Origin: a virus
Strand: one strand, 5' to 3'
Length of the DNA stretch: 48,356 nt
UHGV virus genome: UHGV-1370646
The notes beneath the pieces are model-generated. The model was not told where the DNA came from, made no database searches, and saw only the letters and a list, made by a program, of their open reading frames with translations. This document shows, piece by piece, positions 17,541 to 28,784 of this stretch; positions within the stretch are counted from its first letter, which is position 1, and each line of letters begins with the position of its first letter. The position numbers were made by a program, and so were the translations under genes.

Positions 17541-18226
17541 ATACCCAGTATCTTGAGTATGTTCGCCAGCAGCTGATAGTGGCCACCGCCGATCTGAGCG
17601 GCGCGACGAAAGGACAGTTGGTTGCTTTTGCAGAAAACGCGCAATTCACCGCTACGGCGCGCAGCCGGGGAAGGAAGAAAATAGCCGATCCGGTAACCGG
17701 CCGCATGGTAAACCCATCCAGCCCACCAATTCCCGGGCAGCAGTCCCGCGCTAAGGGTTCATCAATCGCTCTCGTTCTGCCCGTTGAGTATTCGACGGCC
17801 AGTTGGCGCCGGGCTCTGCTGTCGCTGGAAGAGCATCAGAAATCGTGGCTGCTGTGGAACTACAGCGACAATATCCGCTGGGAGCACCAGGAGACGATCA
17901 CCCGGTGGGCATGGGAGCAATTCTACGAAAAGCTGGCCGGCGTGCGCATTGCAAAGAAAACAGTCGATCGCCTGCGTCAACTCATCTGGCTGGCCGCGCA
18001 GGATGTCAAAGCCGAGCTGGCAGGGCGGGAGACGTATGAATACCAAAAACTTGCCGCTCTGGTCGGAGTGACCCCGAAGAACTGGTCAGAAACGTTTACG
18101 GAGCGGTGGGAGGAGATGAAAACAACCTTGCGGCGCCTTGATAGCGATGCCCTGTTGCAGGTAACGCGATCACGTTCACAACAAAAGGCGACAAATTTTG
18201 ACTCAAGTCTTGCAAAACTGGATTAA
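17537..18226 (+). CDS. Q: Late-gene antiterminator Q (phage 82/21-type family)
   Basis: 229 aa. Sits between rusA and the tRNA/lysis region, where lambdoid Q lies. Size fits the Phage_antitermQ family. Confidence 0.65.
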   Translation: MNTQYLEYVRQQLIVATADLSGATKGQLVAFAENAQFTATARSRGRKKIADPVTGRMVNPSSPPIPGQQSRAKGSSIALVLPVEYSTASWRRALLSLEEHQKSWLLWNYSDNIRWEHQETITRWAWEQFYEKLAGVRIAKKTVDRLRQLIWLAAQDVKAELAGRETYEYQKLAALVGVTPKNWSETFTERWEEMKTTLRRLDSDALLQVTRSRSQQKATNFDSSLAKLD

Positions 18227-18642
18227 ATGCGTCATATTTGAGTCTACTTTGATATGCTGCCTTAACTTTAAGTGGCGGCATGATGAATAAAAAGGCCCTG
18301 GCGGAAACGTCGGGGCTTTTGCGTTTCTGGAGGCAGGAAATGTGAATAGGAACGGGTCGACCGCGGCCTAATGGCCATGCTGCAGTAGTGATGCTGCCCC
18401 GAGTCGCGTAATTGCGAGCCTGTGTGGTGATGGGTAAGGGTTCATAAACAACACAAGCCCCGGTAAAGCAGCGCGAATGCCAGACGCGCACCGGTTATAA
18501 GCGGCGATGATGCGGCAGGTACTCAAGGGCATGAGCGCGAACCACTGCGAGAGTGTGGTTGTGCGATCCGGTCAGGGCTCTTGGGTAGAGACGTGCTGCA
18601 CGACACGTTGAAACCCGCCGCGCAAGAGCCCTGAACCAGATT

Positions 18643-18720
18643 GTTCGCATAGCTTAACAAGGTTAAAGCACCCGACTCATAATCGGATGATTTCAGGTTC
18701 GAACCCTGATGCGAGCACCA
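18643..18720 (+). tRNA. Phage tRNA with anticodon CAT (ileZ-like Ile2/lysidine type, or Met)
   Basis: Cloverleaf traced by hand. Acceptor GTTCGCA/TGCGAGC, anticodon loop CTCATAA, T-loop GGTTCGAACCC, discriminator A plus CCA. Confidence 0.8.
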
Positions 18721-18725
18721 ATTCA

Positions 18726-18802
18726 GCGCCATTAGCTCAACCGGAGAGAGCAATAGCCTTCTAAGCTATCGGTTTCAGGTTCGAGTCCTGAATGGTGCAC
18801 CA
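18726..18802 (+). tRNA. Phage tRNA-Arg (anticodon TCT, argO-like)
   Basis: Acceptor GCGCCAT/ATGGTGC, anticodon stem ATAGC/GCTAT with loop CTTCTAA, T-loop GGTTCGAGTCC, CCA end. Same isoacceptor as the host att tRNA. Confidence 0.85.
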
Positions 18803-18938
18803 GATAATGGCCTGACCTGATGACGGGCTCATAATCCAATCCATCAGGGCGTTGTTGGCGCAACGCAACAGGCCACCATATCCCTCTACCTTGGGACCAT
18901 TACGGCTACCGCCGTCGCTTTTACCCTTGGTATTTCTT

Positions 18939-18965
18939 CCCGCCTTGAGCGGGTTTTTTATTTTC
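18939..18965 (+). terminator. Rho-independent terminator (tR'-like) between the tRNAs and the lysis genes
   Basis: CCCGC-CTTGA-GCGGG followed by TTTTTTATTTT. Confidence 0.6.
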
Positions 18966-19070
18966 AGGGTCGCGGGAATCACCCTCGACGCTTTGTTGGT
19001 AAATCAGCCCGACGGCCCTGAACCTTTTACTGACTACAGATAGCACCCCGAACATTATCGGAGGTGAGAG

Positions 19071-19385
19071 ATGCAACGTATGAACCCAACCGATGGTCAC
19101 AATCTGCCTTACTGGTGGTCAGCCTTGCTTGGTATCTTTTCCGTCCTGAGTCTGCAGGATTATGTCTTCATCATTGGCGCCCTGATCTCTGCCTTCTTCA
19201 CAATCAAGACGTATTACGCAAAGCGTAAAGAAGAGCGAGAGCGACTGGATGAAGAGAAAAAACGCACGCAGCTGTTGGCCAGTTATCTGGCTGATGTCTC
19301 CGACAAGCCAGGAAGTGACCGCCCGGCTTCAGCCGAAGTGGTAACCGAGGCCTTGAAGCGGATCGCAAATGATACACAGGGGTGA
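19071..19385 (+). CDS. Holin
   Basis: 104 aa. Transmembrane segments ([14 protein letters not shown]...[13 protein letters not shown]), then a charged C-terminus. First gene of the lysis cassette, RBS GGAGGTGAG. Confidence 0.7.
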   Translation: MQRMNPTDGHNLPYWWSALLGIFSVLSLQDYVFIIGALISAFFTIKTYYAKRKEERERLDEEKKRTQLLASYLADVSDKPGSDRPASAEVVTEALKRIANDTQG

Positions 19386-19891
19386 GCATGACGCCATCAA
19401 TGAGGAAAAAACTGATTGGCGTGATCGCCGGCGGTGGTGGCGCCATAGCCATTGCCTCTGCGCTCATCACCGGCCCAACCGGTAACGATGGTCTTGAAGG
19501 TGTGCGATACAACCCTTATCAGGATGTGGTAGGCGTCTGGACTGTCTGCTATGGCCACACTGGCAAAGACATCATGCTCGGCAAGAAGTACACCGAGGCT
19601 GAATGCCGTGCGCTGCTCAATAAAGACCTGAACACCGTCGCCCGCCAGATTGATCCGTACATCCAGAAGCCGATCCCCGTAACAATGCGCGGGGCCCTCT
19701 ACTCATTCGCCTATAACGTCGGTGCTGGTAACTTCCAGGCCTCCACGCTGCTGCGCAAAATCAACCAGGGCGACCAGAAAGGTGCCTGCGATCAGCTGCG
19801 CCGCTGGACCTATGCCAAGGGCAAACAGTGGAAAGGCCTGGTAACTCGCCGCGAGATTGAGCGTGAAGTTTGTTTGTGGGGGCAGAAATGA
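19382..19891 (+). CDS. R: SAR endolysin (phage-21 R-type lysozyme, GH24)
   Basis: N-terminal signal-anchor-release segment ([23 protein letters not shown]). Near-collinear with P21 R ([47 protein letters not shown]...[37 protein letters not shown]). Confidence 0.95.
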   Translation: MSMTPSMRKKLIGVIAGGGGAIAIASALITGPTGNDGLEGVRYNPYQDVVGVWTVCYGHTGKDIMLGKKYTEAECRALLNKDLNTVARQIDPYIQKPIPVTMRGALYSFAYNVGAGNFQASTLLRKINQGDQKGACDQLRRWTYAKGKQWKGLVTRREIEREVCLWGQK

Positions 19892-20355
19892 GCCGGTTAA
19901 CCGCCATTATCAGCGCCATTGTGATCTGCCTGATAGTCAGCCTCGGCTGGCTGGCCAGTCACTACCACAGCAATGCCACCGAGTTCAAAAGGCAGCGGGA
20001 CAAAGTGACTGAGCAACTCAGCCTGGCAAATGACACGATCGCGGACATGCAGACTCGACAGCGTGACGTCGCAGCGCTTGATGCTAAATACACGAAGGAA
20101 TTAGCCGATGCAAAAGCTGAAAATGATGCTCTGCAGCGCAAGCTTGATAATGGTGGTCGGGTGCTCGTCAAAGGCAAGTGTCCAGTGTCAGCCGCAACCC
20201 AAACCGCCGGCGCCGCCAGCGTGGGCGATGATGCCACCGTCGAACTCTCTGCAGTTGCTGGACGAAACGTTCTCGGTATCCGGTCCGGAATCCTCAGCGA
20301 CCAAACAGCCCTGAGGGCGCTGCAGGAATACATCACCACGCAGTGCCTTAAATAA
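19888..20355 (+). CDS. Rz: i-spanin Rz
   Basis: Start [21 protein letters not shown] (N-terminal TM), then a coiled-coil periplasmic domain. Overlaps the R stop. Confidence 0.8.
   Translation: MSRLTAIISAIVICLIVSLGWLASHYHSNATEFKRQRDKVTEQLSLANDTIADMQTRQRDVAALDAKYTKELADAKAENDALQRKLDNGGRVLVKGKCPVSAATQTAGAASVGDDATVELSAVAGRNVLGIRSGILSDQTALRALQEYITTQCLK
20108..20314 (+). CDS. Rz1: o-spanin Rz1, embedded in the +1 frame of Rz
   Basis: Lipobox LIMVVGC and a Pro-rich mature part ([12 protein letters not shown]). Lies entirely within Rz. Confidence 0.8.
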   Translation: MQKLKMMLCSASLIMVVGCSSKASVQCQPQPKPPAPPAWAMMPPSNSLQLLDETFSVSGPESSATKQP

Positions 20356-20987
20356 CCTGGCACTGAAAATCAACAAACAGGAGTAAATCCATGGTCAGTT
20401 TGCGTCATATGTGTTCGCGCTTCATCTCGGCTTGCTGGGCAATTATCACTACCATTTCGTTTGAAGACATCTCGGTGAGCCGAGCGGTTAGTAAGTTGCG
20501 CCGGGTGGTGGAGCGGGTCATTTCCGCAGTCTCCGTGAAAGCCTCGCCTGAAAAGGCTGACTGGCGAATCGTAGAGCGAATGTGCAGTGAAAGCGTGCGC
20601 GAGCAAGTTAATATTTTCGGCCGCCGTCCTCGCAACACCGGCGCTTTGTGCAGTCCGTTGCTATAGGCATTACAGAGCCACTTCAAGAGGTGGCTCGATA
20701 ATGTCACAACGAGGTAAGCCATATGCGCACCACTGGAATCCTAATGGCGGAAATTACGCTTCGCCCATACATGAAGCCGCTGCTGATTCTTTCAGTGCTT
20801 TTGCGCTGGGGTTGGCTCACTAAGAAGTGCATCCGGATTGGCCCTGTAATTGGCAAGCAGGCGTAATTATAAAGATCTGCAAATGGTGCATTAAAAGCGC
20901 CATTGACAGAGTTTTATATAAGTTTGTTGATGCCTTGATGTCGAAATTACCGAGCAAGTATGTTTGGTTTCCAGAGGATTGTTCTGC

Positions 20988-21623
20988 ATGACTGAAAATG
21001 ACAATCGCAGACCATACCCTCCCGTCAACTTCACTGGCGAAAACTGGCTGCCGTATACCCGGCTGATCCCTGCTGCCGAAATCGGGGAATGGGTAAATCA
21101 GAACATCCTCTCCGAAGACGGCCGAATCCATAACCCTGACCATGCGCACTTGCTCGACGCTGATGTGGCGTTCTTGTGGGCTTCTGGCTCATTCGCCAAA
21201 AGCGGCCGCATTGTGCTTGGCCAGTGTGAGCAGGTAATGATGCGCGCCGGCGGCTGGCAGAAAGCCCGAATGGAGCAACAGATGCATGAATGGTTCGGTC
21301 GCATACCGAAGTTCATCATCACCCTGGCTGCTGACTACTGCGAGCAATGTAACGATCTGGAGTTCTGCGCACTGGTAGAGCATGAGCTTTACCACATCGC
21401 CCAGGCTACCGATGACTATGGCGCGCCGAAGTTCAACAAAGAGACCGGGATGCCGGTGCTCAAACTTCGCGGCCATGATGTCGAGGAATTCGTCGGAGTG
21501 GTCCGGCGTTACGGCGCCAGCAAAGATGTGCAGGAAATGGTGGATGCGGCGAACAGGCCGGCGGAGGTTGCTCATATCGATGTTGCCAGAGCTTGCGGGA
21601 CGTGCATGCTGAAACTGGCGTGA
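20988..21623 (+). CDS. HExxH zinc-metallopeptidase-like protein
   Basis: Start at MTENDNRRPYPP (the track's longer form starts at 20964). Motif VEHELYHIAQ. Lies between the lysis cassette and the small terminase. Confidence 0.5.
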   Translation: MTENDNRRPYPPVNFTGENWLPYTRLIPAAEIGEWVNQNILSEDGRIHNPDHAHLLDADVAFLWASGSFAKSGRIVLGQCEQVMMRAGGWQKARMEQQMHEWFGRIPKFIITLAADYCEQCNDLEFCALVEHELYHIAQATDDYGAPKFNKETGMPVLKLRGHDVEEFVGVVRRYGASKDVQEMVDAANRPAEVAHIDVARACGTCMLKLA

Positions 21624-21653
21624 TTTTATACTGCTTTATACGGACGGTGGGTT

Positions 21654-22139
21654 ATGGCTGCACTAAAACCAGAAGTGAGAGCCTTTATCGTTCAAGAGCT
21701 CGCTTGCTTTGATACGCCATCCCAAATCGTCGAGTCCGTACAAAAAGAATTTAAGGTTCAGGTGACGCGCCAGCAGGTGGCATCGCATGACCCGACAAAG
21801 GTGGCTGGGAAAGGTTTGGCTCAAAAATGGGTAGACCTTTTCAACTGCACCCGAGACCGATTCCTCAACGAAATCTCCGACATCCCGATCGCCAACAAAG
21901 CCTATCGCCTACGCGTCCTTCAGCGAATGTCTACGACTGCCGAAGGTATGAAAAACCTCGGCATGACAGCTCAGCTACTGGAGCAGGCGGCAAAAGAGGT
22001 TGGCGATGCCTACAGCAACAAGCAAAAGGTCGAGCTGACCGGTAAAGACGGCGGCCCGCTGAATCAGGTGACGTACACCGCTGAAGACTATGCGAAGGCC
22101 CAGCAGAAGCTGGAGGGAAGGTTAGAAGGGCTGGACTGA
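21654..22139 (+). CDS. Terminase small subunit (Sf6 gp1-like)
   Basis: 161 aa. Stretches KAYRLRVLQRM and VELTGKDGGPLNQVT parallel Sf6 TerS (KARLRVDTRKW / NELVGKDGGAIQIET). Directly upstream of TerL. Confidence 0.65.
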   Translation: MAALKPEVRAFIVQELACFDTPSQIVESVQKEFKVQVTRQQVASHDPTKVAGKGLAQKWVDLFNCTRDRFLNEISDIPIANKAYRLRVLQRMSTTAEGMKNLGMTAQLLEQAAKEVGDAYSNKQKVELTGKDGGPLNQVTYTAEDYAKAQQKLEGRLEGLD

Positions 22140-22140
22140 T

Positions 22141-23817
22141 ATGAGCGGAATTATCGAATGGGATGACCTGTCATTCCCGGAGCGCGTGATCATCCGTTCA
22201 AAGTCTACGAAGTCATTCCTGAACTTCACCCGGATATGGTTCGAGCTGATTCAGGGTGATCGGCTGCTGGTTAACTGGCATCACCGCCTGATGGCTTCGA
22301 AAATTGATGATCTGCTTGCCGGGCGCCTTGTCCCGCGAAACCTGATTATCAACATCCCGCCAGGCGGTACGAAAACTGAGTTCTTCTCCATCCACTTCCC
22401 GGCGTATGTCAACGCCCTGGTGCAGGAGAAGCGGCTTAAACGCTTTCGCAACCTGAATATCTCTTTTGCTGACACGCTGGTAAAGCGTAACAGCCGGCGC
22501 ACCCGCGACATTATCGCCAGCCGTGAGTATCAGGAGTTCTGGCCCTGCTCGTTTGGTGTCAACCAGGCAGAAGAGTGGGAGATAAAGGACGAGCGAGGGC
22601 GCTCTATAGGCCAGACAGTATCGCGCTCAAGCAACGGGCAGATCACCGGGGGTCGTGGTGGCTACTACGGACCAGAGTTCTCCGGCATGGTGATGCTGGA
22701 CGACTACAACAAGCCGGTGGACATGCTCAGCGAGTCCCGACGCAAAAGCGCGAATACGCTGCTGGTAAACACCATTCGATCACGCCGCGGCGATAAGTCG
22801 AAAGAGCACCCGACTCCGTTTGTGAGCATTCAGCAGCGCCTGCACACCGACGATGCAACGGGATTCATGCTTGCCGGCGGAATGGGGGTGCCGTTTCACC
22901 ATGTCGCCATACCGGCCATGATCGACGAGAAGTACATCCAGTCGCTCGATGAGCCATGGCGTTCGCTTTGCTGGGAAACGGTCAAAGATACCGATTCTGT
23001 GGTCGTTGGTGGTGTTCGCTACTGGTCCTACTGGCCGCAGATGGAAGACGTTAACGACCTCCTGCAACTGTGGGAAAAGGATCGCTATACCTTCCTGTCG
23101 CAATACCAGCAAAACCCGATGGCGCTGACTGGCGGGATTATCGACACCAGCTGGTTCAGAACGTACACCACGCTGCCGAAGCTTACGCACCGCGCCGTGT
23201 ACGTCGATACGAACAGCGGGAAGGTAGAGGACTGGCTGGATTACACCGTGTTTACGCTGGCTGGCATGGGCGTGGACGGGAACCTGTACATCATCGACGT
23301 CGTTCGCGGACGGTGGGACCCGGAAGACCTCCTGAAGAAAGCGGAAGAGGTTTGGGAAAAATGGCGCCTGTCTGGCTCCATGCGGGTTATGCCGCTCCGC
23401 CATATGGCCATTGAAGAGAAGCAAGCCGGACAGGGCCTCATCACCACGCTGAAAAAACGTAGCCAGACGCCCGGGCAACTCGCCATCCCGGTGAGGGAAA
23501 TCCCGCGCGGCACCGGGCAGAACAAGCTCGTTCGCTGCCTTAACGTCATCCCTCAAATCAAAACCGGGAAAGTGTTTGTCCCCGCGACGCACACCGACGA
23601 CGGACAGAAGCTTTCCAGAATCTTCTACGAGGACGGCACGATCGCAGGCTCAACGGAGTGGGTGCTGACGGCGATGACGGAATGCGCTGCTTTCTCCGCT
23701 GATGACAGTCACGACAACGACGACATCCTTGATACCTGGATGGACGCAATCGACGACAACCTGATTTCCGGCCCGCAGCCGATGGTTATCGACCCGAATC
23801 AACTCAGGAGAATTTAA
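22141..23817 (+). CDS. Terminase large subunit
   Basis: 558 aa. N-terminal ATPase region (IPPGGTKTEF) and a C-terminal nuclease-like region. Followed by portal. Confidence 0.85.
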   Translation: MSGIIEWDDLSFPERVIIRSKSTKSFLNFTRIWFELIQGDRLLVNWHHRLMASKIDDLLAGRLVPRNLIINIPPGGTKTEFFSIHFPAYVNALVQEKRLKRFRNLNISFADTLVKRNSRRTRDIIASREYQEFWPCSFGVNQAEEWEIKDERGRSIGQTVSRSSNGQITGGRGGYYGPEFSGMVMLDDYNKPVDMLSESRRKSANTLLVNTIRSRRGDKSKEHPTPFVSIQQRLHTDDATGFMLAGGMGVPFHHVAIPAMIDEKYIQSLDEPWRSLCWETVKDTDSVVVGGVRYWSYWPQMEDVNDLLQLWEKDRYTFLSQYQQNPMALTGGIIDTSWFRTYTTLPKLTHRAVYVDTNSGKVEDWLDYTVFTLAGMGVDGNLYIIDVVRGRWDPEDLLKKAEEVWEKWRLSGSMRVMPLRHMAIEEKQAGQGLITTLKKRSQTPGQLAIPVREIPRGTGQNKLVRCLNVIPQIKTGKVFVPATHTDDGQKLSRIFYEDGTIAGSTEWVLTAMTECAAFSADDSHDNDDILDTWMDAIDDNLISGPQPMVIDPNQLRRI

Positions 23818-25338
23818 GTGTGGTGGTTTAAAAAGAAAGAAGTCGCCGCGCCTGAGCCGGCAAAAGAACCGGAAGCACCGAAGGTCGGGATCAGACCAGA
23901 GGCCGTGGCCGAAGTCCGTGCATTACCGAAAAGAGAGTTTCAGCGCTACGAGCCGCCGAAAGGGGTGATCCCCGAGGCTATCAAAAGCGCCATTCTGGCA
24001 ATGGACTCCACGCCTTACGATGATCTCAATGCTGCGTATGGCGGTTACGGCTACGGCGACTTTGATAGCTTTCCCGGCTACCCGTATCTGGCCACGCTGG
24101 CGCAGAAGCCTGAATATCGCAAGATGGTCGGCACCATCGCGGAAGAAATGACCCGCAAATGGATAAAGCTCAAAACTGTCGGCGATGAAGACAAGGCAGA
24201 TCGGGTGAAGCAGCTCGAAGAGGCCATGAAGCGGTTTAAGGTGCGCGAGCGCTTTAAAGAAGCCGCAGAGCATGACGGTTACTTCGGCGGCGGCCAGATT
24301 TACATCGACGTTCGTTCGCCGCGGGGAATCTCCGCATGGATGGACGACAACGAGCTGCAATCGAAGCTCTTCATGAGCGACAAGAAAATCACGAAAGGCA
24401 GCCTGCAGGGGTTCAGGGTCATCGAGCCTATCTGGACCTATCCGGGTATTTATAACTCCGACAACCCGCTGAGCCCGGATTTCTACAAGCCGACGCAGTG
24501 GTTTGTCATGGGCCGGACCGTACATGCAAGCCGGATGATTGATTTCGTCTCGCGGCAGGTCCCTGATCTGCTGAAAGCATCGTATAACTTCCGCGGCCTG
24601 TCTCTCTCGCAGATTGCCGAGCCATACGTCAATAACTGGCTTCGTACCCGCGACAGCGTCAGCGACATGATTCACTCGTTCTCAGTTCCGGTAATCGGAA
24701 CAAATATGAGCACGATTCTGCAGGGCGGTGGGGCAGATAGTCTTCTGGCAAGGCTTGATGTCTTCAACCGATGCCGCGATAACCGTGGCGCATTCGCTAA
24801 AGACAACAACCCTACCCAGCCAGAAACGGTTGAGTTCGTTAACGCCCCGCTTAACGGTCTGGATGCCCTGCAGGCACAGTCGCAGGAGCACATGTCTGCG
24901 GTTTCGAGCATCCCGCTCGTCAAACTGCTGGGCATTACTCCAAATGGCCTTAACGCAACGTCTGACGGCGAAATCCGCGTTTTCTACGACTACATTCACG
25001 CCCTGCAGCAGTCTGTTTTTAAAGACAACCTGAAGCGTGTGATGGACATCATTCAGCTCTCTGAGTTCGGCGACATTGACGATGGCATAACCTTCGACTT
25101 TGAGCCGCTGTATGAAATGAGTGCTAAAGAGCGGGCGGAAATTCGAAAAGTAGACGCGGACACAGACGCTGTCTATGTAGGCGCCAGCGTGCTCTCTGGC
25201 AACGAAGTCCGCGAAAAAATCGCCGGTGACCTGGACTCTCCTTATCACTCTCTGGACCTGAATGATGACCTCGAAATCGAAGACGACTACGACGAAGAGG
25301 AAGAAGCAGACCCTGACGATAAGGGCGGTTCATCCTAA
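23818..25338 (+). CDS. Portal protein (Mu gp29/DUF935-like), acidic C-terminal tail
   Basis: 506 aa. Sits between TerL and the MuF-like gene. C-terminal LEIEDDYDEEEEADPDD. Confidence 0.7.
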   Translation: MWWFKKKEVAAPEPAKEPEAPKVGIRPEAVAEVRALPKREFQRYEPPKGVIPEAIKSAILAMDSTPYDDLNAAYGGYGYGDFDSFPGYPYLATLAQKPEYRKMVGTIAEEMTRKWIKLKTVGDEDKADRVKQLEEAMKRFKVRERFKEAAEHDGYFGGGQIYIDVRSPRGISAWMDDNELQSKLFMSDKKITKGSLQGFRVIEPIWTYPGIYNSDNPLSPDFYKPTQWFVMGRTVHASRMIDFVSRQVPDLLKASYNFRGLSLSQIAEPYVNNWLRTRDSVSDMIHSFSVPVIGTNMSTILQGGGADSLLARLDVFNRCRDNRGAFAKDNNPTQPETVEFVNAPLNGLDALQAQSQEHMSAVSSIPLVKLLGITPNGLNATSDGEIRVFYDYIHALQQSVFKDNLKRVMDIIQLSEFGDIDDGITFDFEPLYEMSAKERAEIRKVDADTDAVYVGASVLSGNEVREKIAGDLDSPYHSLDLNDDLEIEDDYDEEEEADPDDKGGSS

Positions 25339-26089
25339 CGCTGGCGTCGAAGCATGGTACCGCCGACAGCTTGATAAGCAGGTGCAGGAAATGCAGGCAT
25401 CTGTTGTCTACTGGCTGTCGGCAAACTATCGGGCCAGCGGCGCGGCTGTCGCCATGGATGCATCACCTGCAGTGATGATGCGGAATGCCATGCAGAAACT
25501 GGCTAAGCGCTGGACGCGGCGGTTTGATGACATGGCGCAAAAGCTGGCCGACAGGTTCGCTAACGACGCCATGAAAAACGCGGATGCTTCACTGGCCACA
25601 GCCTTCAAAGATGCGGGGTTTACTGTCAAGTTCAAGATGACCTCGCAGATGAATAACGCTCTTCAGGCGACCATCGCCGAGAATGTCGGCCTAATCCGAT
25701 CCATCCCCGAGAAGTATTTCACCGAGGTGGAAGGGCTGGTTATGCGGACGGTAGCGCGTGGGCGCGACTTGTCCTATCTCACCGATGAACTCCAGAAGCG
25801 ATACGGGATTACCCGGCGCCGTGCGGCGTTCATTGCCCGAGATCAGAACAACAAGGCTACCTCATTCGTTCAGTCTGCGCGACAGCAGGCGCTCGGCATT
25901 ACCCAGGGAATATGGAAGCACTCCCATGCAGGCAAAAAGCCTCGCCAGTCCCATGTAAAAGCTAATGGCAAGCTGTTCGATCTCTCAGAAGGGATGCTCA
26001 TCGATGGCGAGCACATCATGCCAGGCGAATTACCAAATTGTCGTTGCACCTGGGAGGCTGTCATTCCAGGGCTTTCAAAACAGGATTGA
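25262..26089 (+). CDS. Head morphogenesis protein, Mu gpF / SPP1 gp7 family
   Basis: 275 aa. The MuF-type core RSIPEKYFTEVEGLVMRTVARGRDLSYLTDELQKRYG...ARDQNNKATSF...W is conserved. The true start may be an internal ATG near 25391, since the first 77 nt overlap the portal gene. Confidence 0.75.
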   Translation: MMTSKSKTTTTKRKKQTLTIRAVHPNAGVEAWYRRQLDKQVQEMQASVVYWLSANYRASGAAVAMDASPAVMMRNAMQKLAKRWTRRFDDMAQKLADRFANDAMKNADASLATAFKDAGFTVKFKMTSQMNNALQATIAENVGLIRSIPEKYFTEVEGLVMRTVARGRDLSYLTDELQKRYGITRRRAAFIARDQNNKATSFVQSARQQALGITQGIWKHSHAGKKPRQSHVKANGKLFDLSEGMLIDGEHIMPGELPNCRCTWEAVIPGLSKQD

Positions 26090-27262
<1,173 letters not shown>

Positions 27263-27263
27263 C

Positions 27264-27746
27264 ATGGCAGGTTTTCAGACACGAATTAACCAGTATCCGG
27301 CCCCCGGCGTCGAAGGGGCCTTTGCTGGCACCAACCCTCACGCGACCTATCAGGCTGGCGAGGGCGCTCTGGTTGCTGGCGAGGATGGCCTGACTGTCGG
27401 CCGCTTTGCCTGGGCTGTTGACGGTGTGGCTTCCAATGCCGGTAGCGGTGTTCCGTCTGGCTTTGTCCATCGTGACGGTCAGGCGTCGATCACCATCTGG
27501 CTGGGTCAGGCATCCATGCTTATCCAGCCCGGACGCGAAATCACCCTGATGGTTGCCGGTGACTTCTGGGCCAAAACGTCAACCGCTGCCACCCGCGGGC
27601 AGAAGGTTTTTGCATCCCTGACTACCGGTGAGGTGCAAGTCGCCGCAGCCGGCGCAACCGTGGCCGGTTTTATCGAGACCGAATTCTATGCCGCAAGCGA
27701 TTGTGACGCTGGCGAGCTGGTCAAAATCAGCACCTGGAGCAAGTAA
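27264..27746 (+). CDS. Head-associated structural protein (decoration/scaffold-like)
   Basis: 160 aa, Gly/Ala-rich. Immediately upstream of the major capsid gene. Confidence 0.4.
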   Translation: MAGFQTRINQYPAPGVEGAFAGTNPHATYQAGEGALVAGEDGLTVGRFAWAVDGVASNAGSGVPSGFVHRDGQASITIWLGQASMLIQPGREITLMVAGDFWAKTSTAATRGQKVFASLTTGEVQVAAAGATVAGFIETEFYAASDCDAGELVKISTWSK

Positions 27747-28783
27747 TGAACGAATTTCAGCGACACTACGCCGCAGCCAGCGGGAAATATGGCATTGTGC
27801 TGCCCGGCGCGAAGGACTACCTGAAGCCGGAGTTTGCGGAGAATTTCGCGCTGGCGATGGATGCTCAGCCGCAAATGGTTACTGCGAATAACGCCGGTAT
27901 CCCGGCCTACTTCACGAACTACGTCGATCCGGAACTTATCCGCGTTCTCGTAACTCCGATGAAGGCTGCAGAGATTATCGGTGAAGTGAAAAAAGGCGAC
28001 TGGACGACGCTGACCTCGCAGTTCCCGATCGTCGAGTCGACTGGCGAAACCAGCGCTTACGGCGACTTCAACAACAACGGCATGACGTCCGCCAACGTCA
28101 ACTGGGTGCCGCGCCAGTCGTTCCATTATCAGACTCACACCCGCTGGGGTGAGCGCGAGCTGGACATGTACGGCGCCGGGCGTATCGGCTATGCCGCAGA
28201 GCTCAACGTGGCCTCTGCGCTTGTGCTGAACAAGTTCCAGAACAAGTCCTACTTCTACGGCATCGCCGGACTGGAAAACTATGGTCTGCTCAACGATCCG
28301 TCTCTGAGCGCTCCGGTGACGCCGGCGGCGACTGGTTCCGGCGGTAGCGTTGCCTGGGCAACTAAAGACGGGCAAGCCGTATATGACGACATCTCCGGTC
28401 GTCTCTATAAGCAGTTGGTCTCTCAGACCAAAGGCCTCGTAGAGCGTACCGATCGCATGGTGCTCGGTATGTCTCCGGAAATGGAAGTCAACCTGACCAA
28501 GACGAACCAGTACAACGTGAACGTCACCGATCAGCTGAAGAAAAACTTCCCGAACATGCGTATCGAAACCGCTGTTGAATACAGCACCGACGCGGGCGAG
28601 CTTGTACAGCTGATTGTTGAGCGTCTGGGCGAGCAGGACACCGCTTACGCAGCATTCACCGAGAAGATGCGCGCGCACGCTGTCGTGGTGGAAGAGTCTT
28701 CCTGGCGGCAGAAAAAATCCGGTGGCACCTGGGGTGCAATCATTCGTCAACCGCTGGGCATCGCCAGCATGATCGGGGTGTAA
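27746..28783 (+). CDS. Major capsid protein
   Basis: 345 aa, in the head module after the scaffold-like genes. The large opposite-strand ORF 27686..28813 is its shadow. Confidence 0.65.
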   Translation: MNEFQRHYAAASGKYGIVLPGAKDYLKPEFAENFALAMDAQPQMVTANNAGIPAYFTNYVDPELIRVLVTPMKAAEIIGEVKKGDWTTLTSQFPIVESTGETSAYGDFNNNGMTSANVNWVPRQSFHYQTHTRWGERELDMYGAGRIGYAAELNVASALVLNKFQNKSYFYGIAGLENYGLLNDPSLSAPVTPAATGSGGSVAWATKDGQAVYDDISGRLYKQLVSQTKGLVERTDRMVLGMSPEMEVNLTKTNQYNVNVTDQLKKNFPNMRIETAVEYSTDAGELVQLIVERLGEQDTAYAAFTEKMRAHAVVVEESSWRQKKSGGTWGAIIRQPLGIASMIGV

Positions 28784-28784
28784 C

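Noticed and set aside
18574-18640. Possible third intact tRNA upstream of the CAT tRNA
   Set aside because: It has an acceptor-like stem and an ACCA-like end, but no D arm or T-loop consensus, and it is only about 67 nt. Reported as a tRNA-like remnant or hairpin instead.
18227-19070. Shiga-toxin or other cargo genes in the Q-tRNA-lysis slot
   Set aside because: The ileZ/argO-like tRNA arrangement recalls Stx phages. But the interval before the holin is only about 270 bp after the tRNAs and contains just a terminator. No stx-sized ORF is present.
22780-25248. Long minus-strand ORFs inside the terminase and portal genes (22780..23592, 23923..24675, 24682..25248)
   Set aside because: They are antisense to high-confidence structural genes in GC-rich DNA. 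Arg/His-rich nonsense translations.
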